In this document: positions 1 to 12,589 of the stretch, one piece after another | How the letters are laid out: each line of letters begins with the position of its first letter | Numbering within the stretch: position 1 is the first letter of the stretch | Origin: Amoebophrya sp. A120 | Taxonomy: Eukaryota > Protista > Dinoflagellata | Length of the DNA: 64,000 nt | NCBI GenBank assembly: GCA_905178155.1 | Contig: CAJINV010000002.1 | Location: forward strand, 1,091,809-1,155,808 | Direction of reading: 5' to 3' | Translations under genes and position numbers: made by a program | Notes under the pieces: generated by a model | Database searches by the model: none | Seen by the model: the letters and a program-made list of their open reading frames with translations, nothing else | Told to the model about the DNA's origin: nothing

Positions 1-3000
1 CCAGAATGGTCAGCAACTTCTTTTCCTTTTCCGAATACAGGTCCTCTAACGTGAGAGGGCCACGTCGGCGTTGATGTTCTAGTTCTTCTTCCTGTGTCGT
101 GCCGCGGCGGCTTCGGGTGTTGTTGAGCGTGGAAGAAGCTGCAGATTTCCTGGTTTTAATTTTCTGCTTGCGTTTTCTCGTTTCTACTTGTTCTCCTCCC
201 TGTTGCTCCGACGTAGTTGTCCCTCTAGGCGTCATCATGAATTTCCACATCTGGCTCATTCGCTCCGGGAAAGAATATGATCCATGCTGCCCATCTGCCA
301 ACCTTGCTCCTTGTTCCCTTGATGTAATTCCGTGGTCCCCGTCAGGAGTTGCTGCAGCAGCGTGACCCAGTTGCCTCCGGGGGCCTTGACGACGTTTGGC
401 ACTGCTTTTGTAGTCCCGTTTTCTCTGCTGTAGGTCTCGTTGAAGATTTGACATTGACGCTGATCCCTGCTGCCGCCCTGATTGATGTTGAACATCTGAC
501 AGCACACGGCGTTGTTCCCGGTGGTTATTTGTGCCACGACAGGTTCGTTCTTGGCCACAGCTAGGCAATACCATCATCTCCGGTATCTTCAATACCGGCG
601 GTGGCGATTCTTGTTCTGTTGCACGACGAGGACGGGCGATGACGGCCGTAGGATTTTTGCCAACATTTGGTCTCGCCGTCCTCGACGGCCTTTGCCCGAC
701 GCCGAGGAGTTGCTCCGCTACTAGTCTTTGGCGCAAAAGCTCCTCGATGTTGCCGGAAGCTGCTGCACCAGAACTGGTAGCTGCCTGAACACGTACTAGC
801 CTTGGAGTGGAGGACAGAGGAGGAGCAGGTACTACTTCTGCACCACCACGGTCAACATTGAAGATTCTTGGCACAGCAGCAAAAGTAGAGCTGCCAGAAG
901 CCCCGCCTGCAAGAGGAACTGGCGCTCCACGCGGACTCGTAGCAGGAGCACGCGATGTTGAAAGAGGCCCGGATGTTAAAGTAGGGGATTGTTGGACGTC
1001 GAGCTGCTGGCCGTGAAGATCTCCACCTGCATGGCCCATCACGACCCCCTCTAACATAGAAGTCGGCGGTCGGTCGTGTATGTGGTCATTCGAAATAAAG
1101 GCGACCTGGTGAAGATTTGGATGTTGTGCCGCAGCTATTAAAGCTTCTGTAGATGAAGTAGAGGAGGAGGAGGAACTCGTCGAACCAGAAGCACGACCGG
1201 CAAGATTTTTGTCAGCACCACCTTGTTGTTGTCCGATCGTCCCACGGCCAGATGAAATTTTTATCCCGAGTTGTTCATCTTGCAATTCGTCCCTGATTTC
1301 ATTCCTGATATCGACAAAGTCGCTATGAACTGCAAAAGGAAAAGTATCGTACTCGTATAAATGCATTACAAATTTTCTCAGCATGAGAAATAAAATTTGT
1401 AATGCTGATTTACCTTAAAAGATAGATTTGTAATGCAAGACTTGCAGTTATACGAATACGATACTTTTGCACAGGATAGTCGCCTCTGTCCCACAATTTC
1501 CGCAGAACCTCGTTTTTGATGCGCACCAAGTTCTGGAAATTCGCATCCAGTCTTGAGGAATCTGGTTCCTGTCGCAGGGACGAAGATGAAGACGCGCCAA
1601 CAGATGAAGCGTGTAGTCCCCGATCATCGTTGTTTCTTGCACATGGAGGTGGATCTTCTGCTTGTTGCACTATTCCCATGATCTGTGGGGTCGTGCTGCC
1701 GAGGTGGAGCCGGTCTTGCGCACGGGATAAAGTAGTTCTTGTTGGCTTTATCCCCACCAGTTGCCCGCTCTCTTCGCAATACCAAGCAGACAAAAATGCC
1801 TGGTCAGTTGCTCGTGCTAGTTCAACATCCAAAGAGATGTCCGATGAGAACGCGGGGGCGCCACAAGTGCCTGACGGCGCTGAAGCTGATCCGCCGCCAC
1901 TATAACTTTCTGGGCCAGGACCAGGAGAAGATCCTTGTCTCGCCATCTCCTCCACCGATGGCGCAGCACTTTCTACTTCCCCAACCGCTTCATCGTCTTC
2001 ACAACTTTCATCTTCCTCACCGCTGCTGCAACTGCTTCCGCTTCTCTCCTCGTCAGAAGATGACGAACAGGACGGTAGAAGTTCCCCTTCTGACAATGCA
2101 TGTGATTCTTGTTCCGAGCAGGAGCCCGTGGAGCAACCACTTGGAAGAAGTTCGCCTTCCGACAACAAACCTGATGATGTTGATGAGGAAGAAGGAGCTC
2201 TGGTTTTTGAGTTACTCCTTGCGTTTTGCAGTGGGAAGTACAACAAAAACCCGAGGATGTTTCGCAAAAACTCCGCTCTTTCGTCCCTCAACCGCGGCGG
2301 GCCTCCCCCGGAAAAATTCAACTCGGAGAAGTAGTCTTTCGTCTCGGAAAAACTCAACACGTTGCCACTGATGTTCTTCACGTACTCGTCCCAAAAGTCA
2401 TCGACCGTAGCTTGCCCCGCGTTGGCATAGAACTCCGGGCGAATCGTGGCCACTACCGCTGCTTGAGCCGCCAACCCGGTGCGCCGCGATGGTCTTCTGC
2501 CGACTTCCCCCAATCCCCTCCCGGCTTTGCTACCAGAGCTCCGGCTGAAGAGAGGCGCGAGGGACAATTCTACGAAGAAGATTAGCCTTTTCAGCTGTTT
2601 GGCTAAATTCCTCTCTTCCCTACCCGTCCAGTAATCTTCCCTAGTACTGTAACTGTTTGCATCGGTCAACAGTTGCTGGGGTAAATTTGAAGCGCGGCAA
2701 CAGGGGCAACCGCGTTTCAGCGTCTCCAATTTTGTGAAAAACTTCGGCAGGATCAATTTTCCCGTCATCTGATTGTACTGGGCTTTCAACTTCAGGTGCT
2801 GGCGCTGAGATTGTTGCAGCAGTCTCAGCTTTTCGCTGAAGGGAGGGTGTTGACGATCAGCACTAGCACGCTCGGCAGCTGTATTTTTTCGACGACGACG
2901 CCGGTGTAGTTCTTGCCATCCGAGTTGTAATTTGCTTTCGGACTGCTTTTGCGATAGGTTTTGCAAAATCTCGCTTTGGAAATCTCGCGGAAACTTGTCA

Positions 3001-3635
3001 AAGTGCAGCTCCTTCTCGTAAAAGTCGTCGATTTGGTGTTTGACAAAGAACAGTTTTTTCTCTACTTGCATTTCCTCGTCATTTGTCAAGCAACTCGTGC
3101 AAAAGCCGTGACTAGTATTATTTCTCGTTTTATTTCCACCCTTTGCGTTGTACTCGTTCACGTTCTTGCAACTGTACGGGTAATGCATCAGTGGGTGCGG
3201 CTCCAGACAGATCGCGCAAACGTCGTGCTCCTTGTTGGGGAGAGGACCTGTGGCAGCTTTTGGGTTGCCATCTCTAGAAGTACTCTTACCTCCGGGACGA
3301 GGTGGTCGAAATGTCGCTGCCGGGGTCGTCGTGTGAAGTGTCCTCTTCACCTCCTCATCTTGGTCCACCGGCGCAGCCGCAGCCGCGCTACTAGCATTAC
3401 CTTGATTTCGACCCGCTGCATCAGCATCGGGTGTTCCTGCCCCACCGACGTGTTGTCGAAGTGGGAATAGAAGTGGATCTTCGATGCCACCGGCGGGGGA
3501 GGTCTTTCCACTCAGAAAGCGTGCCTGCGCCGCAGAGGAAAGCTGCAGCAGCAAGCCAATCTGGTGGAAGAGTTTCATCTTACGAAGCAGGAGCATCCGC
3601 GAGTTGCCTGTGAAGCAACCGTTGGAGTAGAGCAT
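1..3635 (-). CDS. Large protein with probable signal peptide and interrupted RING-HC-like zinc finger (3' end runs off the window)
   Basis: ORF 1410-3785 continues in frame to position 1 after removing element 1324-1478 plus 5 nt (LWDRGD|FVDIRNEIRDE...). Motifs CAIC..C..HGFCTSC...CPCCR and hydrophobic MKLFHQIGLLLQLSSAAQA. Start uncertain (ATG 3635, 3596 or 3578). Confidence 0.7.
1324..1478. mobile_element. Introner, family A (TIR core TGCAAAAGTATCGYACTCGTA)
   Basis: TAT..ATA ends, direct repeat (DR) gtcgc/gtcgc, frame restored. Confidence 0.9.
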
Positions 3636-6375
3636 GACTCTTGTGCCCGTTTTACTTTTCTTTCGTAGCACGATCGAGTTCCGAATAAAATCGCTGGATG
3701 TAGTTCTCAGAGTGGAGCAACTAAGTAGAAGTGTGAGGACTCGCTTTGTGTTTTGCACACTTGCCTTGATCTCATCACGTAACAACTGCGTTCGCGTTGT
3801 CTAAACGAACCCTAATAAAAGAAAATTGAAAGCATCAACCAAGAGGGCCTGCAGGCCTGCGATGAACTGTGGCCATGGGTTGTAATCAGGGGGGCAGCGG
3901 CAGTTTTTCTTTTTTTATAAAATAATTTCCAAGCAAAACACACCCTCGAATGAAAAAGAAAACGCGATCGTCGGATGCCGACTCACCTGTTCTAGTGATG
4001 AGTATGAATCTAAGAGTAAGAACCACTACTTCAAAGTTGATCTTGATCGAGATGAACAAATAAAACCAAATTGCAGGGCGTTATAATGGACTGGAGCTAG
4101 ATCTTGACTCCTCTACCACAGCACGGGCTTGCTTCGCCTTGGAATGTAAGCATGATCTTTGCGGCTGTTGGCCGTTGCTTGGTAGGCGTGCACAGTTCAA
4201 ACAAAACAGAGCTGTTCGCCACTCTTGCTTCCGGTACTACTCACGCAGCTAGCTAAACAGCAAAATCTAGTAAAAAATCTTGCGATGGCAGTTGTTCTTA
4301 CCTCAATGTAGACTGAAGAGCGAAGAAAAAATGAACACACGCAAGCCCCCTCATCCCACAAACTCTGGGCAAGTGAAAAACTCGCGAAAACGCCCGCGAT
4401 GGTGACACGATGCTGCTGGTCGGTGCTGATAGATTAGGCCTGTTGCTTCAAAGCGCAATTACGCTTCAGGACATAGAGCCCGCGCCACGCGTGGAGACAC
4501 ACGCCTGGCCCCGCGAGCAAAAGGAGGGAGAAGGGCCCGCTGTGCCCACGTAGAGGTTGGCAACCAGGCTCGCTCAGCTAACAGTGGGTGCTGGCGGCGG
4601 ACGGCCTATGCTTGTCGCGGCGGCATCACTCGACCCAATCAAGCCGAAGGGCTGGCTGCGCGATGGCGGCGGCGCCGAAAAATGCTGGCAAGCAAGCAGG
4701 CGCGAAGCACCTTCCCTGCCCCGCCCTCCGGCTCCGCTCGGCGCGCGCCCGCGTCGGGCCATACATTAGGCGGGGAAGGGCGGGGCAACGACAGGACCGG
4801 GCGCGCGGGGGGCGGCGATCGGAGACGGGCACGCAGGCGGGCACGCATGGCCTGCCACCGGCCGGCACTCTCTCCCACCCCCCCGCCCCGCCCGCCCCGG
4901 CCGGCAGGGGCAGGGGGCGCGCCCGGGCCACTCCTTACCTACGCCCGCGCCACGCCTACCCCGTCCAAGTCCCGAGCGGGGGCGGGGGCAAGCTAGCGGG
5001 GCCAGGCGCCGGCCGGATGGCGCCGCAGGCATGCACTGTAAGAAACTGAAACACAAAGAAAGGCCGGCCGGGAGGACCTTACTCACGAGCAAGCGCAATC
5101 CTACCCAAACCGCCGCCGCTGCCCCGCGCCTCCTTTGTCTTCAAATACTTCATGGCATCGTGGGCCGGGGCATCCCCCCACCCCAACACCCGAACGGGAG
5201 AAGCCCCGGCGACCGACCCCCCAAGGGCACGGCTGGCAGGCCGGGCCCGGCGCAGCGAGCCAGCGCTTGGGGAAATAAGCAGGCGATCCCCCGGCCGCCT
5301 GCGCTGCACACGCGGGCGCCCCCTGCCCCCCCCCGGCCCCACCCACCCCCCCATTGATTGGGGCGCTGGGTGCTTGGCTGTCCCACGGCGGTGCTTCGCC
5401 TTGCCGGCTGAGTTGCAAAAGCGGCGGCACGCTGGTGGCCGTCAACAGGTCACAGTCGCCACGGCCGCAGCCCAAGCGGCTGGCCGCGGGCCCGTTTCGC
5501 GCACGCCGGCATTGGGCCCGCTGCGCGCCTTGCCCCAAAATGCTAGGCCCCAAGGCGCGGCCGCGGGAGGAATACGAATATTGCGGCCGGCCCGCCGCAA
5601 ATACGCGAGGCGCCCGGCCTCCCGTCGTGGTCGACTTGCGTCATATTTGGGCGCGATTACACCACACCCAACGGCCGGGGTAGGGCACAAGCCGCAGCCC
5701 CGGAGAGGACGGCGGAGGCGCCCCGGCGGGCACGGTGCGCAAATGGTTGGCGCCCACCCGCCCGCCAGCGGCTGGCCCCATTCGGTTTGCCTCGGCTGTG
5801 GTTTCACAGGCACGCGCTGGGAACGGACAGAGGCAAAAGTACGGAGCTAGAACCTTACTTACTTGTCCGAACACATCATGCTCGCCGTGACACGCCTCAC
5901 TTGCGTGCTTGGTCCGCCTCAAGTCTCCCCAACAAACTGAAATCAGACGTGCGCAGCATAAAGTGATTGACACTGGCACTGTCATGTCTGCTTCCATGTA
6001 TAAGTAATATGTTCGTTCGAAAGAAAGTTCGTAGTTTCTACGACATCTTCATCTAAACCGTTTTCAAATCCAATCCTATTCGACATTCCGAACGTTACGT
6101 TCGTTCACCTCGCTTCAAGAAAAAACCAAAATTTAGTATCAATTTGCTCGATAGTTTAAACTTGATTTAGATTTGCTCCTGTCTTATTTAGCGGTGAAAA
6201 AAGTAAACTGTACTACTGGGGGCGGCATGAGTAAGAAAACATCTTCGGGTTGGGGATCATGTTGATGTCAAGCGAAAAAATAAAGCTCTGCGTATCGATA
6301 GGCGGGTAGGTTTGGTCGATGCGTGCAGAAATGCATGGTCGTGATGTATGTACTTTATTTGGACGAAGCTCACCC

Positions 6376-9300
6376 TCAATTCCCGACCACCTTCGTGACC
6401 ACCACATTCAAGTTCCCCTCGCGCAAGACAAACCAATCCGGTTCCCGTCCCCGCAGGGCTCCAGTTCGCGAAAACATGGCTGCGTCGGAGATAATTTCTA
6501 CTTTCAGATGCCGGTTTGCCTTGCTGCTTGTGCTACTTCCGGCGTAATATCAAGCGCAAAATTATCGCACTCGTCGGACTTCTTCTTGCAACAGCACTGC
6601 ATGACAAATCTCGTTTCTCAGCAAAGAAATCAGCATGACAAATTGCATTTTTCCTATCCTGACATCAAAACTTGTGATGCAATTCATACGTAGTCCGATA
6701 ATTTTGCCATTCATATTCCGTACGTCACATTGAAATCCTCTTTCCACCAATAGGGCCGGGTGTAGTATCCTGTCCAAAGTATCGCACTCGTATTAATGGC
6801 AATTATGCATTTACAAATCCTTTTCTTAAGCAGGTAAATCCGCACTACAAATTTTATTTTTCATGCTGAGGAAATTTGTAATGCATTTATAAGAGGACGA
6901 TACTTTTGCAGTTCATATGTACGTGCCGGTGACGGTTTCCTCATCGAATTTCTCCTCAATAAAAGCCTCTTCTTTGTAATGTGGAATCCCATCAACGGAG
7001 GAAAACGCGGGGTGTTTCGACGTATTTGTCTTTTTGCCGCCAGTAGTTGCTGTAGTACCAGGAAAAGATGTTGCGGCCGCTTTTGTACTACTAGTCTTGA
7101 TCACGTCTTTACTGATGTCGCTGTCCACTTCGGCTTTGCTATCTGCTCCTTCCCCGGCTGGCACCAAGACATCATTATCCTGTTTTTCAAAAACATCCGA
7201 GTTCAGACACTTTTCAAAAATATCAAATGTAAAAATGTCTGGGTCTGGAAGATTGGAACTTGTGATGCTAACTTTGGACTCTAGAAAAATCGGTATTGCA
7301 TGACCAGCAAGAGGAGTCTAGTTTGTGCTACGCGGGGAGGGCGTTTGTCATGCGGAGTAGACATGGGGAAGCCCTCTCAAAATCTGTGATGCGCGGCCGT
7401 GCATTACAGACATCCTGGGTCATGCAAAACATGCATGACAAATCTCAGAATGTTCCAGACCCAGACATTTTTACATTTGATAGAAAACCTCCTTCCCCAA
7501 CGTGAACATGGTTTCTGTTCCCCACGACCCCGCGCGTTTCCCGCAGGAGTCCGTGTATGTTTTTGTACTGGATGCAGTATTGGTTGCCGGAGCAGTAGTA
7601 GTAGAAGGTTCTTGTTCCGAAGATGCAGATGTTCCCTCCTCCGCGGATGAACTACCCGCCTCTACTGTCGTTTGATCATGCTCGTCCTCGACAACGCTCC
7701 AACTAGCATCACACCCCTGCGGCAAACAGCTGATCACCAATTTCCCCGTGTCTTTCAAAATCCGCAACACAGTATCAAATGTAAAAGTGTCTGGGTCTGG
7801 AAGAATGCAACGTGTCATGCTAAATCTGAAGCATGCAAAAATCTGTGTTGCATGATGACCAGCCTGGAGGGAGTTTCTCATGCAGGATAGGCATGAAAGA
7901 GATCGCACAGAATCTGTCACGCTAGGTCCTGCATTCCAGGCTTCGTGGGTCATGGAAAAGCTGCATGACAAATCGCGCATTCTTCCAGACCCAGACATTT
8001 TTACATTTGATACACAGATTTGAGCCAAATGCACTGCGCCCTGATAGAGAGTAATTGTACCACGGAACAGGTTAAAACGTAGTCAAAGGAGTTGTCTTTG
8101 ATGAAGGGCAAGTGCAGAGACTGATCGTAATTGACTTGGCAAAACTTCTGCTGCTGGTGCTGCTGCTGATGTTCATGATGTTGTACTCGGCTTTCAGCTT
8201 GATCGGAATCTTCTTTCTGGTGGGGTATTGTTGTTCCTTTTGCAGAAGCCGCAAAAGAAGAAGTTGAAGAAGGGCTTTTCATTTCTGTGCTTTGTGGCAA
8301 AACAAACACATTGTCCGCGGAGTATTTGTTGGCAAAGTCCACCGCTCCCTTGATGATATCCACACCGTAGATATGGGAGTGTCAGGATTGAAATCGACAA
8401 AGGTGAAATGATTTGTCATGCATAAAATGGATACCAATTGGACCCACAGTTTCTACTCAGTGCATGACAAATTTTATCCGTACCGGAGGCCAGTTTGTCA
8501 TGCTGTTTCGGGCAAAGGGGCTCCCCTCTGTGATGCTAATCAGCAGCCCAATTCTCGATCCTTACCAGCACTACAATCTGCCTCCCTTGCGTCCTCTGCA
8601 ATAGAGGCAATTTCTGCGCTGCATTTTATGCATGAGAAACTATTTCAACTCTGGCGAATTCGGTCCTGACACAACCATACTAGACCCGCACCCCGTACAG
8701 CTGCTGCAGCCACATCATTTTGTGGCCGCACCCGGAACCGAAATCAAAAATGGACTCGTTGGGGAGAAGCTGTAAATGGTGCGCGAGGGAGTTAATCATA
8801 CAGTAGTGCCGGGATCTCTGGTCGAATTCCCACATTTCGGTGTCGATATCCATTGCAAAAGTATCGTCCTCGTAGTAATTGCAGTTATGCATTACAAATT
8901 TCTTTCTCAAGTTAAATCCGCATTACGAATTTCATTTTTTTACACTGAGGAAGTTTGTCATGCGATTTCTACTAGTACGATACTTTTGCAATTTATAGCC
9001 GAATTGACAGGTCGAAAACAGCTTGTGCCTGTCCATGCGGTCATTGTACTTGAAAGTTGCGTGGTAATCTTGGTTTTTGAGGACAAGCTGCTCCTCCTCT
9101 TCGCCGCCCTCTTCATGTTCGGATGATGAATTTTGATTTTCAGAAATGTTGGCGGTTCCTTCTCGCGCTAGGATCGAGGGACAATGAAGGTGCAGTTCCG
9201 TATCGTTCGTCTTCATTGCTGCGAAGGCGCTCGGCCCTCCAATTTCTACCGCATCTTGTTCAGGAGCTCCTGCGCTATTCGTATTTTTCCCTCTGGTGGC

Positions 9301-11813
9301 CGCTGCCGTGTCTGTTTCTGCCTGGTGGTCCAGAAATGGATTTATCGCCTTTAAATCCCTCACCCGCTCACGACAGTTTTCGATCAGCTGTTGACTTGTT
9401 CGGGCGACGTTGCAATAGGCATCAGATTCCGCTTTCATCACGTAGCCAGTTTTTGTTCTTCTTATTTCGCCGGTGGTGGTGGTCTCAACACTTTTTTGTC
9501 CTGCTGAGGAAGAAGTAGCTGAAGAGGATGCAGTAGCAGTACTTGCTGCAACAGCCACAGCGCACGTATTCATATTCTCCCCACCGTTCCCGATTTTGTG
9601 GAAGTTCATGTGGATGGCGATGTCTTGCCGGTTTAGAGAAGAAAACGGGGTCAGAACGGGGTCGACGAAGATTGTTTCCGATGTTGCACTACTAGACTCG
9701 ACGTCTTTATTTCCTTGTTCAACATCCTTCCGCGCCGACGAAAAAATCCCCGCGAGCGCCAACCCCTTTGTCGTAAACTGACTGTACTCCGCGACCGTCC
9801 ACAAATTTTTCACGTCGGCGCGCACGTAAATGGAGTGATACTCGGAAAGAACCACAATCGCGGCGAGGAGAATGCGGTAACAAGTGGTAGCTTGGAGATT
9901 CGCAAACAGGGATTGCTCCTCGAGGAGGTGCTGTTTGCTGGCTGTTCTATTTGATGCTGGTTGTACTCCCAGCAACCCGGAGGTGACGTTTCTGGTCGTG
10001 CTCGCGTCGGTACTTGGCGAAGGAGTGTAGTTGTCAACAACGCGGGGTGGAAATTTTTCTGCGATTTCAGGAAGGGATCCAGATGAAGTTGAAGCAGGTG
10101 GTGCAGCAGCAGTAATATCTGCAGCTGCGTTCTTGGCACTGCTGTTAAAAAAGAACCAACGCTTCAAAATTTCAAAAATTTCGCGGTTTTGCTGCGTTTG
10201 GTCTTCAACATCAACATGCGGTGCAGGTCGACCAATTCCGATAACGGCAGTCGGCTCTGCTTTCGTTTTCCCTCGCCAGGTGGACTGGGCAGTGGTTGGA
10301 GGTCGTGTTTTATTTTCCTCAATGTGATCATCTCCCATCACCAGCTGCAACACGTTTTTCGTGCGGTTTCTCACGGGTATTAAATCCTGAACCACATCCG
10401 GAAACATCCCGTTCCGCAATTTTTCGTGCAACCGGGAAAACCACCTAACCAAGTCCCCGTCCCGGTTTGCGAAAAAAGGGCTGTTGTGCAGCATCTGGGT
10501 CCTGACGTGATCGTTTTTCCCGGCTAATAGCCTGTCGCGGTCCCGCGCAACCCCGAAAAACCGGTTTTTGGTCGTGAGAAGCTCGGCGGATGAGGTGAAG
10601 TTGGTGTATCTTATTTTCGTTCTGGCGGTTGTAGAAGATGAAGATCTTTTTGATGTTGTCAATACTTCAGAAGGTGGTGCACGCGGCGCTGCTTGTTCCC
10701 TCTTGCCCTCGTGCGGCTCCGCCGGCGGTGTAGTGATTTTGCTTCCACCGTGACGAGATGTTGAGAACTTGAACTTCTCCAGAAGGTCGAGATCAACAGT
10801 TGCATTTGGAGCTGCAGGCTTTATTGTGTTCTTGTCCCACAGTGAGTTAGAACGCCGCAGGTCCACTTGGTCCATTTTTGCAACAGGGTCAAACAAAGAG
10901 TTTGTAAAGCTGGAGAAAATCCCTAACCGTTTCCCGAGGGCATTCACGATCTGCTTCGCGAGGGTGACGACTCGAGTAGAAGTGCTATTGTTGTGGTCCT
11001 GTTCATCTTCATATTGGTCTTGGTAGTTCACGGAGGTAGATGTAGTTGCATCCCGATGATTTTCTTTTCCTTCCACCAGCTTCCAAAACTTCAAAACGGT
11101 TTCCTTCTGCAAGTTTTATTCCCTGAAAATTAAACATCCCCATCCAATTTGTCATGCAAAAAGTCTGTGTTTGTCATGCAAAAAGTGGATGGGGATGGTT
11201 TTGGTTAATTTCCAGGGGATAAGTTTCCGGCAGTCCTCATTCCTAGCACCGGACAGCTGGTCAGGGCGAGAAGTTCCAGATTGGTGGAAGACGAAGAGCT
11301 CGGCTGGTCTTCTTTTGGTTGTCCTCCATCTACTGCGGTTGGTGTTTTCTGGGGCTTCCTGGTACCATCTTCGCTTGTAGTAGGAGTGGTTCTTTTGTTT
11401 TTACCACTCGGACGAGAAACAACTACCGTGCTTGTGGTTTTCTTGGTGATGTCAGACGACGAAACCATTTCTCTTGCCATTTTTCGTTGGGCTTGTTTTT
11501 GCTCCCCCGAAGGCGAAGAACGCCGGTGTGGATCATCATCTTCTGCCTCGTCGGCAGGGCCCCGCAGAATGGTGCGAGAGCTGGCCGGCGCAATCAATTC
11601 TTCAACTTGCACCGCAATTTTGCCGCCTGGCGAACCGCTTCCGCTAGCAGCAACAGCATGAGAAGTGGACGACCACGACGTAGAAGACGATAGAACACCT
11701 CCTGCCCGCAATAACCCAGGTGTGGGTGATGTGCTGATGGGAGAGGACGGGAAAATCTGCTGTGCCAAGGCCAACCTGGCGATACAACACGAGAAGAAAC
11801 GGGGTCTGTGCAT
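6376..11813 (-). CDS. Class I SAM-dependent methyltransferase domain protein, 8 exons, probable signal peptide
   Basis: Removing 7 elements gives a continuous frame with ESIFDFGSGCG (motif I), VYGVDI, LPFIKDNSFDYV and LRILKDTGKLVI. Ends ...VVTKVVGN* at 6376. Confidence 0.85.
6548..6715. mobile_element. Introner, family A (diverged)
   Basis: TIR gcaaaattatcg; DR ttccg with 6 extra nt on the left; frame restored. Confidence 0.75.
6766..6917. mobile_element. Introner, family A (reverse orientation)
   Basis: DR tgtag/tgtac; frame restored. Confidence 0.9.
7221..7482. mobile_element. Introner, family B (TIR TATCAAATGYAAAAATGTCTGGGTCTGGAA)
   Basis: DR aaaaa/gaaaa; frame restored. Confidence 0.9.
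7773..8012. mobile_element. Introner, family B
   Basis: DR cacag/cacag; WLKSV|LRILK. Confidence 0.92.
8372..8679. mobile_element. Introner, family D (TIR GTGTCAGGATTGAAATCG)
   Basis: DR gtaga/ctaga; VRV|YGVDI. Confidence 0.88.
8847..8997. mobile_element. Introner, family A (reverse orientation)
   Basis: DR gtcga/gccga; frame restored. Confidence 0.9.
11117..11221. mobile_element. Introner, family E (TIR with CATCCCCATCCA)
   Basis: DR agttt/agttt; joins ORFs 11205-11813 and 8932-11112. Confidence 0.9.
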
Positions 11814-12589
11814 GATGATTTATGCCTGATGAGTGCTAGGCCGACGCAATAGAAGAGAACTGCTTCTGAGCAGGAAACATGAGCAACGCTTTGCCTTTGT
11901 GGCTAAAGCAGAGACGACAAAAATAAGAGTTCTTGTTCGGTGCCTTGTTCTCGTCTCCAGTGGCTCGCAGGATGACAAGATTATAGATACCGAAAAGGTC
12001 ACCGTCACGACCACGACGACGACAACGGGCGCGTAGACGTGTCATGCTTAGAAGCATCAACACCGTCACAACGGACAGATTCACAACTGCGGTGAACACA
12101 TACCACTAAAACAGGCGCAGTGCGCTATTACGCATGGCACGAACTTCGTGCTGTTGGCAGCGGTGCTCCTTTGGTTTGGATATCGATAACATTGCCATAT
12201 CAATCAGTTGTAAAAGTTATCAACATTAACTCCACCAGTCTGTCATAGAGATAGTCTTTTACAATCGATAAAAAATCCAAGTTTTTGCTGCCTTTGCCGT
12301 TTACATTTTTGGATGAAAGATCAAAATCTTCTTTGAGTGCTCGTAAAATCTAGCCTGACTAGGAGTCCGTCGGTACATCTTTGGTACATCGAGCGTGAAT
12401 CTAGTATAACGCCGTGGTGCCCCTCACAACAACTACATTCATAACATTGAGATGTTGATTGACTCAACTTCTGTATCTGTACGTGTACGTGTACCTCAGC
12501 AAAATTATCCGAATAATAAACATGGGAGGAAACAACAAGTGCCAACACACCAGAGCAGAAACGGAGCTAGATCATGGTCGTGGGTTTGT

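Noticed and set aside
4480-5850. rRNA/ITS or coding genes in the GC-rich block
   Set aside because: No conserved rRNA motifs recognised. The overlapping Arg/Pro/Gly ORFs in all six frames are expected from high GC.
8018-8035. Dinoflagellate spliced-leader relic (CATTTGGCTCAA on the minus strand)
   Set aside because: Short partial match inside a coding exon (CIWLK); likely chance.
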